Below, piece by piece: positions 50,486 to 59,870 of a DNA stretch of 64,000 nucleotides; within the stretch, counting starts at the first letter, position 1, and each line of letters starts with the position of its first letter. A program made the position numbers and the translations under genes. Source of the DNA: Candidatus Levyibacteriota bacterium (GTDB lineage Bacteria > Patescibacteriota > Microgenomatia > Levybacterales > UBA12049); the NCBI GenBank assembly GCA_030651475.1, contig JAUSEW010000027.1, positions 41,553 through 105,552 on the forward strand. The letters run 5' to 3'. The notes under the pieces were generated by a model. It searched no databases and was not told the origin of the DNA. It was given only the letters and a program-made list of their open reading frames with translations.

Positions 50486-52401
50486 TGTTTAATTTTCCTT
50501 TCCTTGATTGGTTTTCTCAGAAAATAATCGTGGGCGGAGATTGGCGGTTTTTTTGGCCGGAAAACATTGGTGACTTCGTTACCTTTCCGACCGCCTGGGA
50601 TGCAAGTCTAAATACAGGTTTAGGTTCTCCATCTTTTAGCCTCATGTGGATAAATACTTATCTCAATTTTACTGCCGTATTTAGCAAGCTTGGTCTATCA
50701 TGGAATTTAATCGGTTTGTTATTTTGGATGCTGCCTGCCATAGCTCTGTCCTTTTTTTCCGCTTTTTATTGTTTCAAATATCTTTTTCCAAAAAGAACAA
50801 AATATGGGATTCTGGCTGGGATTATTTATCTCTTTAACACGTATTTCCTGATGGTATTTACCGGAGGCCAATTGGGTATCTCTCTGGCTTATTCCATCGC
50901 TCCTTTTGTATTTTTAACTTTCACAAAAAGCATAGATAATCCGACTTTTAGAAAAAGTTTGTTTTCTTCTTTGGTACTCGGATTACAAATGCTTTTTGAT
51001 CCAAGGTTGGTATATATAACCTTCATAGCAATATTCATTTATTGGCTATTTAACATAAAAAATATGAAACAGGTAATTTTTGCTTTCGTTCTTCCTTTTC
51101 TAATAGGATTCATGCTCCATAGCTATTGGATTGTTCCTCTAATCTTGACAAGATCATCTTCCATACAGGCGGGCTTTACTAGCTTGTTGGGGTTAAGATT
51201 TTTTAGTTTTTCTGATTTCTCACACTCTTTATCTTTTCTTCATCCAAATTGGCCGGAAAATATATTCGGTAAAGTATATTTCCTGAAACCTGAATTTTTA
51301 TTACTTCCAATACTGGCTTTTTCATCATTACTTTTTATTAAGAAAGAGACTAAGGAAAAGAAAAAAAATATATTATTTTTTGCAATTTTAGGATTACTTG
51401 GAGCATTTTTGGCAAAGGGAGCAAGCGATCCATTTGGTATAACATATGAGTTTGCGTTTCGATATATTCCTGGATTTGTTGCGTTTAGGGATCCTACGAA
51501 ATTCTATTTGCTGATATCTTTGTCTTACTCAATGCTTATACCCTTTGCGATCTTGTCTTTATCTAATTGGATTTCTTTACGATTCAAAATGAAAGGTTAT
51601 ATATCAAACGTCCTGTTAGTGGTTTCCATTTCTTACGTTTTGGTTTTGGCAAGTCCTGTTCTCGTGAGGCAATTTAATCGAATAGCTACGCCCCATATGA
51701 TACCTAATGACTACGTAGAATTAAAGAATTTCTTAGGCATCCAGCCTCAATTCTTTCGCACCCTTTGGATTCCTTCCATGCAAAGATTTGGTTTTTTTTC
51801 CAATAATCATCCTGCAATTTCGGGCATTAATAATTTTAACGCAAACGCACCTAAGGATTTTGATACATTTCTTAGTGAGGCCGCGGTTCAATACGTAATA
51901 GTACCGTACGATTCGGAAAAGGAGTTATTCTTAAAAGACAGGAAATATGATGAGAAGCAGTATGATCAAACGGTAAAGTCGTTAAGAAATATAGAATGGC
52001 TAAAGAAAATAGAGGGTTTTGGGAAAATTGCGGTTTTTGAAAACTCAAATTATAAAGATCATTTTTGGAGCCGTAACTCAAACCTTAAAATTAATTATAA
52101 GTATATTAATTCCACAAAATATTATGTTGATATTGAAAATTCCAAAAAAGGAGATGTTTTGGTATTTTCGGAGGGGTTTGATAAAAATTGGCAAGCGCAA
52201 ATTGACAGTAGTTTGATAAATTCAAAGCCCTATGATAAGCTCTATAATAGCTTTGTTTTGTCAAAGGGCGGAAGCTACACGGTTGAAGTTGTTTATTCTG
52301 TCCAGAAGTGGGTAAATATGGGATTAATTGTGAGTTTTGCTACCTTAACGATTTTGATAGGCAGTTTGCTATATATACAAATTAAAAATAAATATGATTA
52401 G
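50482..52401 (+). CDS. AftD/YfhO-like GT-C membrane protein
   Basis: GGDW, FRDPTKF, 'SEGFDKNWQA...LYNSF' and a terminal TM; paralogous to 46713. Confidence 0.7.
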   Translation: MMFNFPFLDWFSQKIIVGGDWRFFWPENIGDFVTFPTAWDASLNTGLGSPSFSLMWINTYLNFTAVFSKLGLSWNLIGLLFWMLPAIALSFFSAFYCFKYLFPKRTKYGILAGIIYLFNTYFLMVFTGGQLGISLAYSIAPFVFLTFTKSIDNPTFRKSLFSSLVLGLQMLFDPRLVYITFIAIFIYWLFNIKNMKQVIFAFVLPFLIGFMLHSYWIVPLILTRSSSIQAGFTSLLGLRFFSFSDFSHSLSFLHPNWPENIFGKVYFLKPEFLLLPILAFSSLLFIKKETKEKKKNILFFAILGLLGAFLAKGASDPFGITYEFAFRYIPGFVAFRDPTKFYLLISLSYSMLIPFAILSLSNWISLRFKMKGYISNVLLVVSISYVLVLASPVLVRQFNRIATPHMIPNDYVELKNFLGIQPQFFRTLWIPSMQRFGFFSNNHPAISGINNFNANAPKDFDTFLSEAAVQYVIVPYDSEKELFLKDRKYDEKQYDQTVKSLRNIEWLKKIEGFGKIAVFENSNYKDHFWSRNSNLKINYKYINSTKYYVDIENSKKGDVLVFSEGFDKNWQAQIDSSLINSKPYDKLYNSFVLSKGGSYTVEVVYSVQKWVNMGLIVSFATLTILIGSLLYIQIKNKYD

Positions 52402-53320
52402 TTTTGTTATTCCGGTTTTTAATGAGGAGGAAAGTCTTACCCCTTTTTATGAAGATTTAAAGTCTTCCCTTAAGGACAGGAAGGAATATGAGATTGTTTT
52501 TATTGACGATGGGTCAACTGATAAATCATTGCGAATATTAAAAGATCTGCATAGCAAGAATTCGAATATAAGAATTTTTTCGTTTAGAAAAAATCAAGGT
52601 AAGTCAGAAGCTTTAACATTAGGTTTTGGTAAAGCAAAAGGAGATTGTATAGTTACACTGGATGCGGATTTGCAGGATAGGCCTTCCGAAGCCCCAAAAC
52701 TTATAGAAAAGCTTAAAGAAGAAGATTTTGATCTTGCTTGCGGATGGAGAAAGAATAGGAAAGATCCATTGCGTAAAGTTATCTCTTCCAAATTCTTTAA
52801 CTTTCTTGCTTCGTTTTTCTGGGGATTAAAACTTCATGATTACAATTGCGGACTGAAGGCATACGCAAAAGATGCTGCCAAAAGCTTAAGGCTTTATGGC
52901 GGGATGCACAGATTTATTCCTCTTCTTGTCCACGAGCAGGGATTTAAGGTTTGTGAAATGCCAGTTAACCATGACGAAAGGAAATACGGTAAGTCAAAAT
53001 ACGGTTTTTCCAAGCTTTGGAATGATTTACCGGATATATTCACTATGTTGTTTCTAACAAGATATAGTAAAAGACCCCTTCATTTTTTTGGTCCAATAGG
53101 ATTCATCTTTCTGACAATAGGAGGAGCGATTTTAGCATATCTCTTTGCGATTAAAATCATGGGTCAAGGCATCGGAGACAGACCATTATTGTTTCTCGGG
53201 ATGATTCTTGTTCTAAGCGGTTTCCAAGTTTTATTTACAGGATTTTTGGCAGATATAATAATAAATACTTCAAGTAAGGAAACTAAAGACTTTCCCATTA
53301 AGTATTCAAGCGAAAAATAG
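52394..53320 (+). CDS. ArnC/GtrB-like polyprenyl-phosphate GT2
   Basis: IDDGSTD, NQGKS, LDADLQD, HDYNCGLK and HRFIP motifs; two TMs. Confidence 0.92.
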   Translation: MISFVIPVFNEEESLTPFYEDLKSSLKDRKEYEIVFIDDGSTDKSLRILKDLHSKNSNIRIFSFRKNQGKSEALTLGFGKAKGDCIVTLDADLQDRPSEAPKLIEKLKEEDFDLACGWRKNRKDPLRKVISSKFFNFLASFFWGLKLHDYNCGLKAYAKDAAKSLRLYGGMHRFIPLLVHEQGFKVCEMPVNHDERKYGKSKYGFSKLWNDLPDIFTMLFLTRYSKRPLHFFGPIGFIFLTIGGAILAYLFAIKIMGQGIGDRPLLFLGMILVLSGFQVLFTGFLADIIINTSSKETKDFPIKYSSEK

Positions 53321-53334
53321 AATTGGCATAGCAT

Positions 53335-53565
53335 ATGAAGCCGCAAGATATTGTTTTTTTTATAATTCTGGCAGTTTTGATTTGGAAAAAAGACCCTAGG
53401 CGGGCAGCTTTCGCAGGAATAATTTCTCTTATTGCCTCAATTCCGCTTTTTTCTTTTTGGGTATTTTTTACAGCAGAAAGACTTACTTGGTACGCAGCCG
53501 CATTTTTCCTCCTCTCAATCGTACTTATTGTTTTTAATTCTAAAAGCCTAAAGAATAAAGAATAA
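53335..53565 (+). CDS. Small membrane protein
   Basis: 76 aa with three hydrophobic segments; fills the operon gap on the + strand. Confidence 0.65.
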   Translation: MKPQDIVFFIILAVLIWKKDPRRAAFAGIISLIASIPLFSFWVFFTAERLTWYAAAFFLLSIVLIVFNSKSLKNKE

Positions 53566-53566
53566 T

Positions 53567-54124
53567 ATGAAAATAGGAATTGACGTTTCACAGCTTGCTT
53601 TTGAGGATACTGGAGTAGCGAATTATCTTTCGAATTTAATTAAGCATTTATTAGCTACAGATAAGAAAAATCAGTATATACTGTTTTATTCATCATTGAG
53701 GAGAAAATTTCCCCACTTCGCCAAGGCTTCCCTCGACTACGCTCGGGACAAGTCGGCGGGCAAGCAAAATTTCAAAATAAAGAGTTTTAGATTTCCGCCT
53801 ATGCTTTTGGATTTACTTTGGAATAAACTTCATATGGTGCCGATAGAGTGGCTGATTGGGGATGTTGATATTTTTATAACTTCTGACTGGACAGAACCGC
53901 CAACTAGAAAAGCGAAGAAAGCTACGATTCTATACGACTTAATTGTCTATAAATATCCGAACGAAACTGATAATAAAATTGTTGAGACACAAAAAAGAAA
54001 GCTTAAGTGGGTTAAAAAAGAGTCTGACATGGTTTTTTGCATATCTGAATCAACTGCAAAAGACGCGGAAGAGGTTTTAGGCATTGATAAAAATAAATTA
54101 AGGATTATTTATCCGGGAATTTAA
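53567..54124 (+). CDS. Stand-alone GT4 N-terminal domain carrying an 18-aa insertion
   Basis: MKIGID, TGVANY, ILYDL and ISESTAKD motifs; ends IIYPGI* with no C-terminal donor-binding domain. Confidence 0.75.
   Translation: MKIGIDVSQLAFEDTGVANYLSNLIKHLLATDKKNQYILFYSSLRRKFPHFAKASLDYARDKSAGKQNFKIKSFRFPPMLLDLLWNKLHMVPIEWLIGDVDIFITSDWTEPPTRKAKKATILYDLIVYKYPNETDNKIVETQKRKLKWVKKESDMVFCISESTAKDAEEVLGIDKNKLRIIYPGI
53711..53764. repeat. Nested in-frame palindromic (REP-like) elements: 24-nt element at 53730-53753 inside a 30-nt element
   Basis: GC-rich ccccacttcgccaaggctt[ccctcgactacgctcgggacaagt]cggcgggcaag; 54 nt encoding PHFAKASLDYARDKSAGK. Confidence 0.75.
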
Positions 54125-54128
54125 CATT

Positions 54129-55268
54129 ATGATTATTGGAATAGATGGTAATGAGGCGAATGTTGAGAAAAGAGTGGGGATTGGGGAATATGCGTTCGAA
54201 CTGCTTGAGCAATTCGAGAAATTTAGAATTCAGAATTTAGAATTCAGAATTTATTTGAAAAATGAGTCAATAAACGATATGCCGAAAGAAAGAAAGGGAT
54301 GGCAATATCGTGTAATCGGGCCAAGAAAGCTTTGGACTCAATTTGGTTTACCTCTGGATTTATTTTTTCATAAACCAAGACCTGATGTTTTTTTTACGCC
54401 TACTCATTACGCGCCTCGTTTTTCTCCGGTACCAACCGTAATATCCATAATGGATTTGTCTTACGTTCACTTTCCAAAACTTTTTAAAAAATCAGACTTG
54501 TATCAGCTGAAAAATTGGACAGCTTATTCGGCAAAAAATGCGAAAAAAATCTTAACTATCAGTAAATTCAGCAAAGATGATATAATCAAAACATATCAAA
54601 TACCAGGAGATAGGGTTGTGGTTACGTATCCTGGAATTAAAGAAGAATTAGGAATTATGAATCAAGTTTACCCTGAGCAAAGTCGAAGGGAATCAAGCGA
54701 ACTTCAAAGCAAGTATGGAATTAAGGGGAAATATATTTTGTTTGTAGGAACGTTACAACCAAGAAAGAACATTATTCGTTTGATCGAAGCATTTAGTAAA
54801 ATTTCCTTAATCCTTAATCCTTTATCATTAATCATTATCGGTAAGAAGGGGTGGATGTATGAAGAAATTTTGGAAGCGCCAAAAAAGTTTAACATTGTAA
54901 ATAGAGTCAAATTCTTGGAATTCGTGTCCAACGAAGACCTTCCGTTTTTATACCAAAACGCAGAGTGTTTTGTCTTGCCTTCGCTTTATGAAGGATTTGG
55001 TCTGCCGGTTTTGGAAGCAATGAGATATGGGTGCCCTTGCGTTATTAGCAACATTAGCAGTTTGCCTGAAGCAGGCGGAGATGCGGCTTTTTATTTTGAT
55101 CCAAGTAACGCATCAGATATTGCTGCGAAAATAGAAATGGTTTTAAATGACGAAAAATTAAGAAAAGAAATGATAGAAAAAGGTTATAAACAGGTTAAAA
55201 AGTTTAGCTGGGAAAAAACAGCACAAGAGACGCTGAAGGTCTTGGAGGAAGTAGCAAGAAATGGATAG
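54129..55268 (+). CDS. GT4 glycosyltransferase (MtfB/WbaZ-like) with three internal repeat tracts
   Basis: FVGTLQPRKN and PSLYEGFGLPVLEAM motifs. Confidence 0.93.
   Translation: MIIGIDGNEANVEKRVGIGEYAFELLEQFEKFRIQNLEFRIYLKNESINDMPKERKGWQYRVIGPRKLWTQFGLPLDLFFHKPRPDVFFTPTHYAPRFSPVPTVISIMDLSYVHFPKLFKKSDLYQLKNWTAYSAKNAKKILTISKFSKDDIIKTYQIPGDRVVVTYPGIKEELGIMNQVYPEQSRRESSELQSKYGIKGKYILFVGTLQPRKNIIRLIEAFSKISLILNPLSLIIIGKKGWMYEEILEAPKKFNIVNRVKFLEFVSNEDLPFLYQNAECFVLPSLYEGFGLPVLEAMRYGCPCVISNISSLPEAGGDAAFYFDPSNASDIAAKIEMVLNDEKLRKEMIEKGYKQVKKFSWEKTAQETLKVLEEVARNG
54220..54254 (+). repeat. Heptamer tandem repeat AATTYAG x5
   Basis: aatttag aattcag aatttag aattcag aatttat. Confidence 0.9.
54645..54696 (+). 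repeat. Heptamer tract interrupted by a 24-nt REP-like element (54666-54689)
   Basis: gaattag gaattat gaatcaa [gtttaccctgagcaaagtcgaagg] gaatcaa. Confidence 0.85.
54804..54838 (+). repeat. Degenerate heptamer tandem repeat TCCTTAA x5
   Basis: tccttaa tccttaa tccttta tcattaa tcattat. Confidence 0.85.
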
Positions 55269-55812
55269 AATAATCAGAAGAATAAATACGGTTTTACTGG
55301 AATTTGAAATTATGCTGCTTCATATCGTTGGGATTATTCCTTCGCATTGTATACGCAGATTTTTTTATAGGCTGGCGGGAATTAAAATAGGTCGTGGATC
55401 TACCATCCATACAGGAGCAAGATTTTATAATCCTGCCAACATTGAAATAGGGGAAGATTCGATAATTGGGGAAGGAGCGGTTTTGGATGGCCGTGATAAG
55501 CTAATTATAGGTAATCATGTTGATATAGCCTCGGAAGTTATGATTTACAATTCGGAACATGATTTGGCAAGCAATGATTTTCACGCCATAACAGGAAAAG
55601 TTGCGATAGGTGACTACGTTTTTATCGGGCCAAGAGCGATTATTCTTCCGGGGGTAACTATTGGTAAAGGAGCGGTTGTTGGCGCAGGAGCGGTTGTGAC
55701 GAAAAATGTTGACGAAGGCTCAATAGTTGGCGGAGTTCCGGCAAAGCCCATTGGCCTAAGAAATATAAAGGATTTAAATTATAAACTTGGCAGGGCTGCT
55801 TGGTTTAGATAA
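55261..55812 (+). CDS. Hexapeptide-repeat O-acetyltransferase
   Basis: IGDYVFIGPRAIILPGVTIGKGAVVGAGAVVTK and GGVPAK motifs. Confidence 0.92.
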   Translation: MDRIIRRINTVLLEFEIMLLHIVGIIPSHCIRRFFYRLAGIKIGRGSTIHTGARFYNPANIEIGEDSIIGEGAVLDGRDKLIIGNHVDIASEVMIYNSEHDLASNDFHAITGKVAIGDYVFIGPRAIILPGVTIGKGAVVGAGAVVTKNVDEGSIVGGVPAKPIGLRNIKDLNYKLGRAAWFR

Positions 55813-55827
55813 AAGATAACAAAGTAA

Positions 55828-56715
55828 ATGGTGGAATTATCAATAATTATACTTAATTACAAGACTTCAGACTTAACAATTGCCTGTCTTAAATCTATAA
55901 TTTCCAAATTCAACAAAGAGCTGGAGTTCGGTAGATTCGAAATAATAGTCGCGGATAATGGCTCCAAGGACGCTTCGGTAGAAAGTATTAAGTATTATGT
56001 ATCAAGTATTAAGTATAAAAATATTAAAATTTTAGAAAATAAAGAAAACTTGGGTTTTGCCAAAGGAATGAATAAGGCATCGCAAAACGCAAAAGGAAAA
56101 TATCTGCTATTTCTAAATTCCGACACTGAAATGCTTGATAAAGGACTTACGGACATGATTGAATTTTTGGATTCTAACAAAAAAGTTGCCATTTTAGGCG
56201 GAAAGTTTATGAATAAAGATGGTTCGCTCCAGCCATCCTGCGGAAAATTCTATACGCTTTTTAATCTTTTTCTAATGCTTATCGGCACAGAAAGGCTTGG
56301 GTTTCTGCGTGAGAGCCCATCTATTGTTAAAAAAGTTGATTGGGTAAGCGGGGGATTTATGATGGTAAAACGCGATATATTCAAAAAATTGGGTTGTTTT
56401 GACGAGAATTTCTTTATGTATATGGAAGATATGGATATTTGCTATAGAGCGAAAAAAGAAGGTTGGGATACGTATTTTTTCCCCAGAGCTTGCGTAGTTC
56501 ATAATGGGCATGGAAGCAGCAGCAGGACATTTGCTATAATTAATATATATAAGGGTATTTTGTATTTTTACAAAAAACACAACAGCTATTGGCAGTATAT
56601 TTTAGCCAGGACGTTACTTACTGCGAAGGCAATAACTGCAATCTTTTTTGGGTTCCTAACTAACAATATCTATCTTAAAAATACCTACAAAAGCGTTATA
56701 AGAATCGAGCTATGA
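55828..56715 (+). CDS. GT2 glycosyltransferase (WbbL-like)
   Basis: ADNGSKD, NLGFAKG, FLNSD and FMYMEDMD motifs. Confidence 0.92.
   Translation: MVELSIIILNYKTSDLTIACLKSIISKFNKELEFGRFEIIVADNGSKDASVESIKYYVSSIKYKNIKILENKENLGFAKGMNKASQNAKGKYLLFLNSDTEMLDKGLTDMIEFLDSNKKVAILGGKFMNKDGSLQPSCGKFYTLFNLFLMLIGTERLGFLRESPSIVKKVDWVSGGFMMVKRDIFKKLGCFDENFFMYMEDMDICYRAKKEGWDTYFFPRACVVHNGHGSSSRTFAIINIYKGILYFYKKHNSYWQYILARTLLTAKAITAIFFGFLTNNIYLKNTYKSVIRIEL
55984..56018 (+). repeat. Heptamer tandem repeat AGTATTA x5 (degenerate)
   Basis: agtatta agtatta tgtatca agtatta agtataa. Confidence 0.88.
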
Positions 56716-59700
56716 AAATATTACGTTTCATTTCGAATAATTTTTTGTTTCTGATTACTCTTTTTCTGCTGGCGTTTATTCCTCTTTATCCCAAACTGCC
56801 TATTGTTAATGTACAGCATACCTGGGTTTATATCCGCGCAGAAGACTTTATCGTTACGCTTGTTGTTATTCTATGGATTTTCTTACTCTTGCTTAAGAAA
56901 GTTACGCTAAAAACCCCGCTTACCTTACCTATAATATTATTTTGGCTTGCTGGCGGAATAGCAACTCTTCATGGGGTGCTTTTCATTTTCCCAACACTTT
57001 CGGACGTTTTTTCCAACGTAGCATTTTTAAGCTTTCTAAGAAGGATAGAATATATATTTTTATTCTTCATTGCTTTTACAAGCATAAAAGAAAAAAAGTT
57101 TATATCTTACGTTACTATTGGGTTGGCGGTTACGCTCCTTCTAGTTGTAGGATACGGTTTGGGGCAGAAATTTTTAGGATTTCCTGCGTATTTGACAATG
57201 AATGAAGAATTTGCCAAAGGAGTTCCTATTCAGCTGTCAGAGCTTTCTCGAATTCCATCTACATTTGCAGGTCATTATGATTTGGCAGCCTATTTGGTTT
57301 TGATAGTTCCTTTAATCACAAGTATGGTTTTCGGATTTAAAAACTGGTTTGTAAAGATGTTCTTATTGGGTACGGCAGCTTTGGGTTTTGTATTGCTTGC
57401 TATGACGGTATCTAGGGTTTCCTTTTTCGTACTCTTAATTTCTATGGTCGTGATGCTTATCTTGCAAAAAAAAAGACTGCTTATTATATCTTTATTTTTA
57501 ATAGTTATTGTATTTTTAAGCTTTTCTTCAAGTCTTCTGCAGCGGTTCGGAAATACTCTCAAAGAAGTAAACGTATTGGTTGACGTAAACACAGGGGGAG
57601 CGATAGGCGAAGTAAAAGAAGTTCCTGCTAAATATTTTGAAAATAAAATTGTCAAAAGACAATTTATCTCAAATGAAGAAGCTAAACTATCTAGTGCATC
57701 TGCAATTCTGCCTTTCTCATTAATTCCTCCTGTGGCATCTCTTATAGTAGAACCAAATAGTCCGACCGGAGAAAATTTGCCGCAAGGAACAAGCTACGTA
57801 AACCTTCCTCTTTCTCCCATTACCAAAAAAGTACAGCAGTTCTTTTATCAAAAATCTAATAATAGGGGGGGAATAATAGCAGAGGAAATAACTGTTTCCT
57901 ACGGAGACTTTGTGATGAAGAAAGCTTTGGCCTATGATCTTTCATTTACGACCAGATTTCAGGGAGAATGGCCAAAAACGCTACTGGCTTTTACTCGAAG
58001 CATTTTTTTAGGAAGCGGTTATGGATCAGTTAGCCTTGCCGTAGATAATAATTACTTGCGAATTTTGGGAGAAACGGGAGCATTTGGATTTATCTCTTTC
58101 TTATCGATTTTCTTAATTGCAGGCATATATATAAAAAAAATACTTCCAAACGTAGATTCCCCTATTGTCCGAAGCTTCATCTTAGGTTTTATCGCCGGTA
58201 CATTCGGATTATTATTAAATGCACTTCTTATCGATGTCTTTGAGGCATCGAAAATTGCTTTTACATACTGGCTTCTAATGGGAGTAACGCTTGGAACCTT
58301 AGAGCTATATAGAAAAGAAGAAATAGATCTTTATCAAAATTTCAAAAAAGTAGTAATTTCCACGTACGCAATTATTATTTATCTATTTACAATTATGATA
58401 GGATTATTCTCTTCTGCTTTCGGTTATTATTTTGTTGGCGATGACTTTACCTGGTTTAGATGGATTGTGGATTGCTATAGCGGAGCCATTAAAAATGGGT
58501 TACAACAATGTCAGCCTTTTGCCATAACGATTATTCAGTACTTTACGCAGGCTGATGGATTTTTTTACCGCCCGGGAGCAAAATTGTACTTTGATTTGAT
58601 GTATTCAGTATTTTGGCTTAATCAATCAATGTATCATTTCGTTTCATTTTTTCTTCATTTTTCCGTTGCAGTATTGGTATTCTTGATTTCTAAAAGGATT
58701 TTAAAAAATTATTTCTTGGCTATTGTTAGCGGCGTATTTTTTCTTATACTTAGCGGAGGATCTGAAGCGATTTTTTGGATTTCTTCTACGGGTTTTCTTT
58801 TTAACGCAATGTTCGCTCTTCTTGGATTACTCTTTTTTATTTATTGGAAGGAAAGAGGAAAAATAATTTACCTTGTTATTTCCTGCGTCTCCATTGCCTT
58901 AAGCTTATTATTTCACGAACTTGGAATTATGGCGCCATTTCTCGTAATTCTTTACGATACTGTTTTTGGAGAAAAATCCGCAGCAAATAAATTATCTAGG
59001 AAATCATCCTATCTATTTTTACTATCCCCAATTTTGCCCTATCTGATTTTACGCCTCGTAGCGGGAAGTCATTGGTTCAATGGTGACTATAGCTATAACT
59101 TACTTAAGCTTCCGTACAATATTATCGGCAATGCAATTGGATATATAATGCTTACTTTTTTTGGACCCGCATCCTTATCTTTTTATGAGGGGTTAAGGAA
59201 TTTCTCAAGAGCGCATTCAATATTTGCAATAGTAGCGTCACTTATTATGATTTTCCTTATTATTAAATTTTATCGACTGGTGGTTAAAAACATAGATTTG
59301 GAAGAGGAAAAAATTGTGACCTTTGGATTTTTGTTTTTCATATTAGCGCTATTACCGTTTCTAGGACTAGGCAACATTGCCTCTCGCTATAGTTATCTGT
59401 CTTCCTTTGGACTTATGATTCTTTTTGTATTCTTTCTCAAAAAAGCATATGGTTATTTACTTTTTAACGGTAAATATATCGCCATGTCAAGCGTAGTTTT
59501 AATAGCGATTATCTTTAGTATGGCGCAACTTTTTCAATTGCAAAAATTAAGTTCAGATTGGCGAGTAGCCGGTGAAAAGTCACAAAATTTTCTTATATCT
59601 CTTAATAAAGTTTATACGGAGGATTGGGCAAAGGAACACGTTCAATTGTATTTTGTTGATACCCCAATTCGAAACGGAGAAGCATGGATATTCCCCGTTG

Positions 59701-59870
59701 GGCTTCCCGATGCAATATGGCTTACTGTAAAAAACAATAATCTTTCAATTTTCCAGCCTTCAAATTTACAGCAAGCTTTAGATCAGGCGGGAACATCATC
59801 GAATGCAAAAGTTTTAAAGTTTGATAGCGATGGAAATATTACAGAAGTATTTAGAGTAAAAACACAATGA
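56712..59870 (+). CDS. Fusion of an O-antigen ligase/polymerase-like domain and a GT-C-like domain
   Basis: N-half: RIPSTFAGHYD, TVSRVS and GSGYG...DNNYLRILGETG. C-half: GDDFTW, FYRP, FHELG and SRYSY. Confidence 0.72.
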   Translation: MKILRFISNNFLFLITLFLLAFIPLYPKLPIVNVQHTWVYIRAEDFIVTLVVILWIFLLLLKKVTLKTPLTLPIILFWLAGGIATLHGVLFIFPTLSDVFSNVAFLSFLRRIEYIFLFFIAFTSIKEKKFISYVTIGLAVTLLLVVGYGLGQKFLGFPAYLTMNEEFAKGVPIQLSELSRIPSTFAGHYDLAAYLVLIVPLITSMVFGFKNWFVKMFLLGTAALGFVLLAMTVSRVSFFVLLISMVVMLILQKKRLLIISLFLIVIVFLSFSSSLLQRFGNTLKEVNVLVDVNTGGAIGEVKEVPAKYFENKIVKRQFISNEEAKLSSASAILPFSLIPPVASLIVEPNSPTGENLPQGTSYVNLPLSPITKKVQQFFYQKSNNRGGIIAEEITVSYGDFVMKKALAYDLSFTTRFQGEWPKTLLAFTRSIFLGSGYGSVSLAVDNNYLRILGETGAFGFISFLSIFLIAGIYIKKILPNVDSPIVRSFILGFIAGTFGLLLNALLIDVFEASKIAFTYWLLMGVTLGTLELYRKEEIDLYQNFKKVVISTYAIIIYLFTIMIGLFSSAFGYYFVGDDFTWFRWIVDCYSGAIKNGLQQCQPFAITIIQYFTQADGFFYRPGAKLYFDLMYSVFWLNQSMYHFVSFFLHFSVAVLVFLISKRILKNYFLAIVSGVFFLILSGGSEAIFWISSTGFLFNAMFALLGLLFFIYWKERGKIIYLVISCVSIALSLLFHELGIMAPFLVILYDTVFGEKSAANKLSRKSSYLFLLSPILPYLILRLVAGSHWFNGDYSYNLLKLPYNIIGNAIGYIMLTFFGPASLSFYEGLRNFSRAHSIFAIVASLIMIFLIIKFYRLVVKNIDLEEEKIVTFGFLFFILALLPFLGLGNIASRYSYLSSFGLMILFVFFLKKAYGYLLFNGKYIAMSSVVLIAIIFSMAQLFQLQKLSSDWRVAGEKSQNFLISLNKVYTEDWAKEHVQLYFVDTPIRNGEAWIFPVGLPDAIWLTVKNNNLSIFQPSNLQQALDQAGTSSNAKVLKFDSDGNITEVFRVKTQ

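Noticed and set aside
53298-53591. 97-aa minus-strand ORF
   Set aside because: It conflicts with the + strand 76-aa membrane ORF, which fits the operon spacing.
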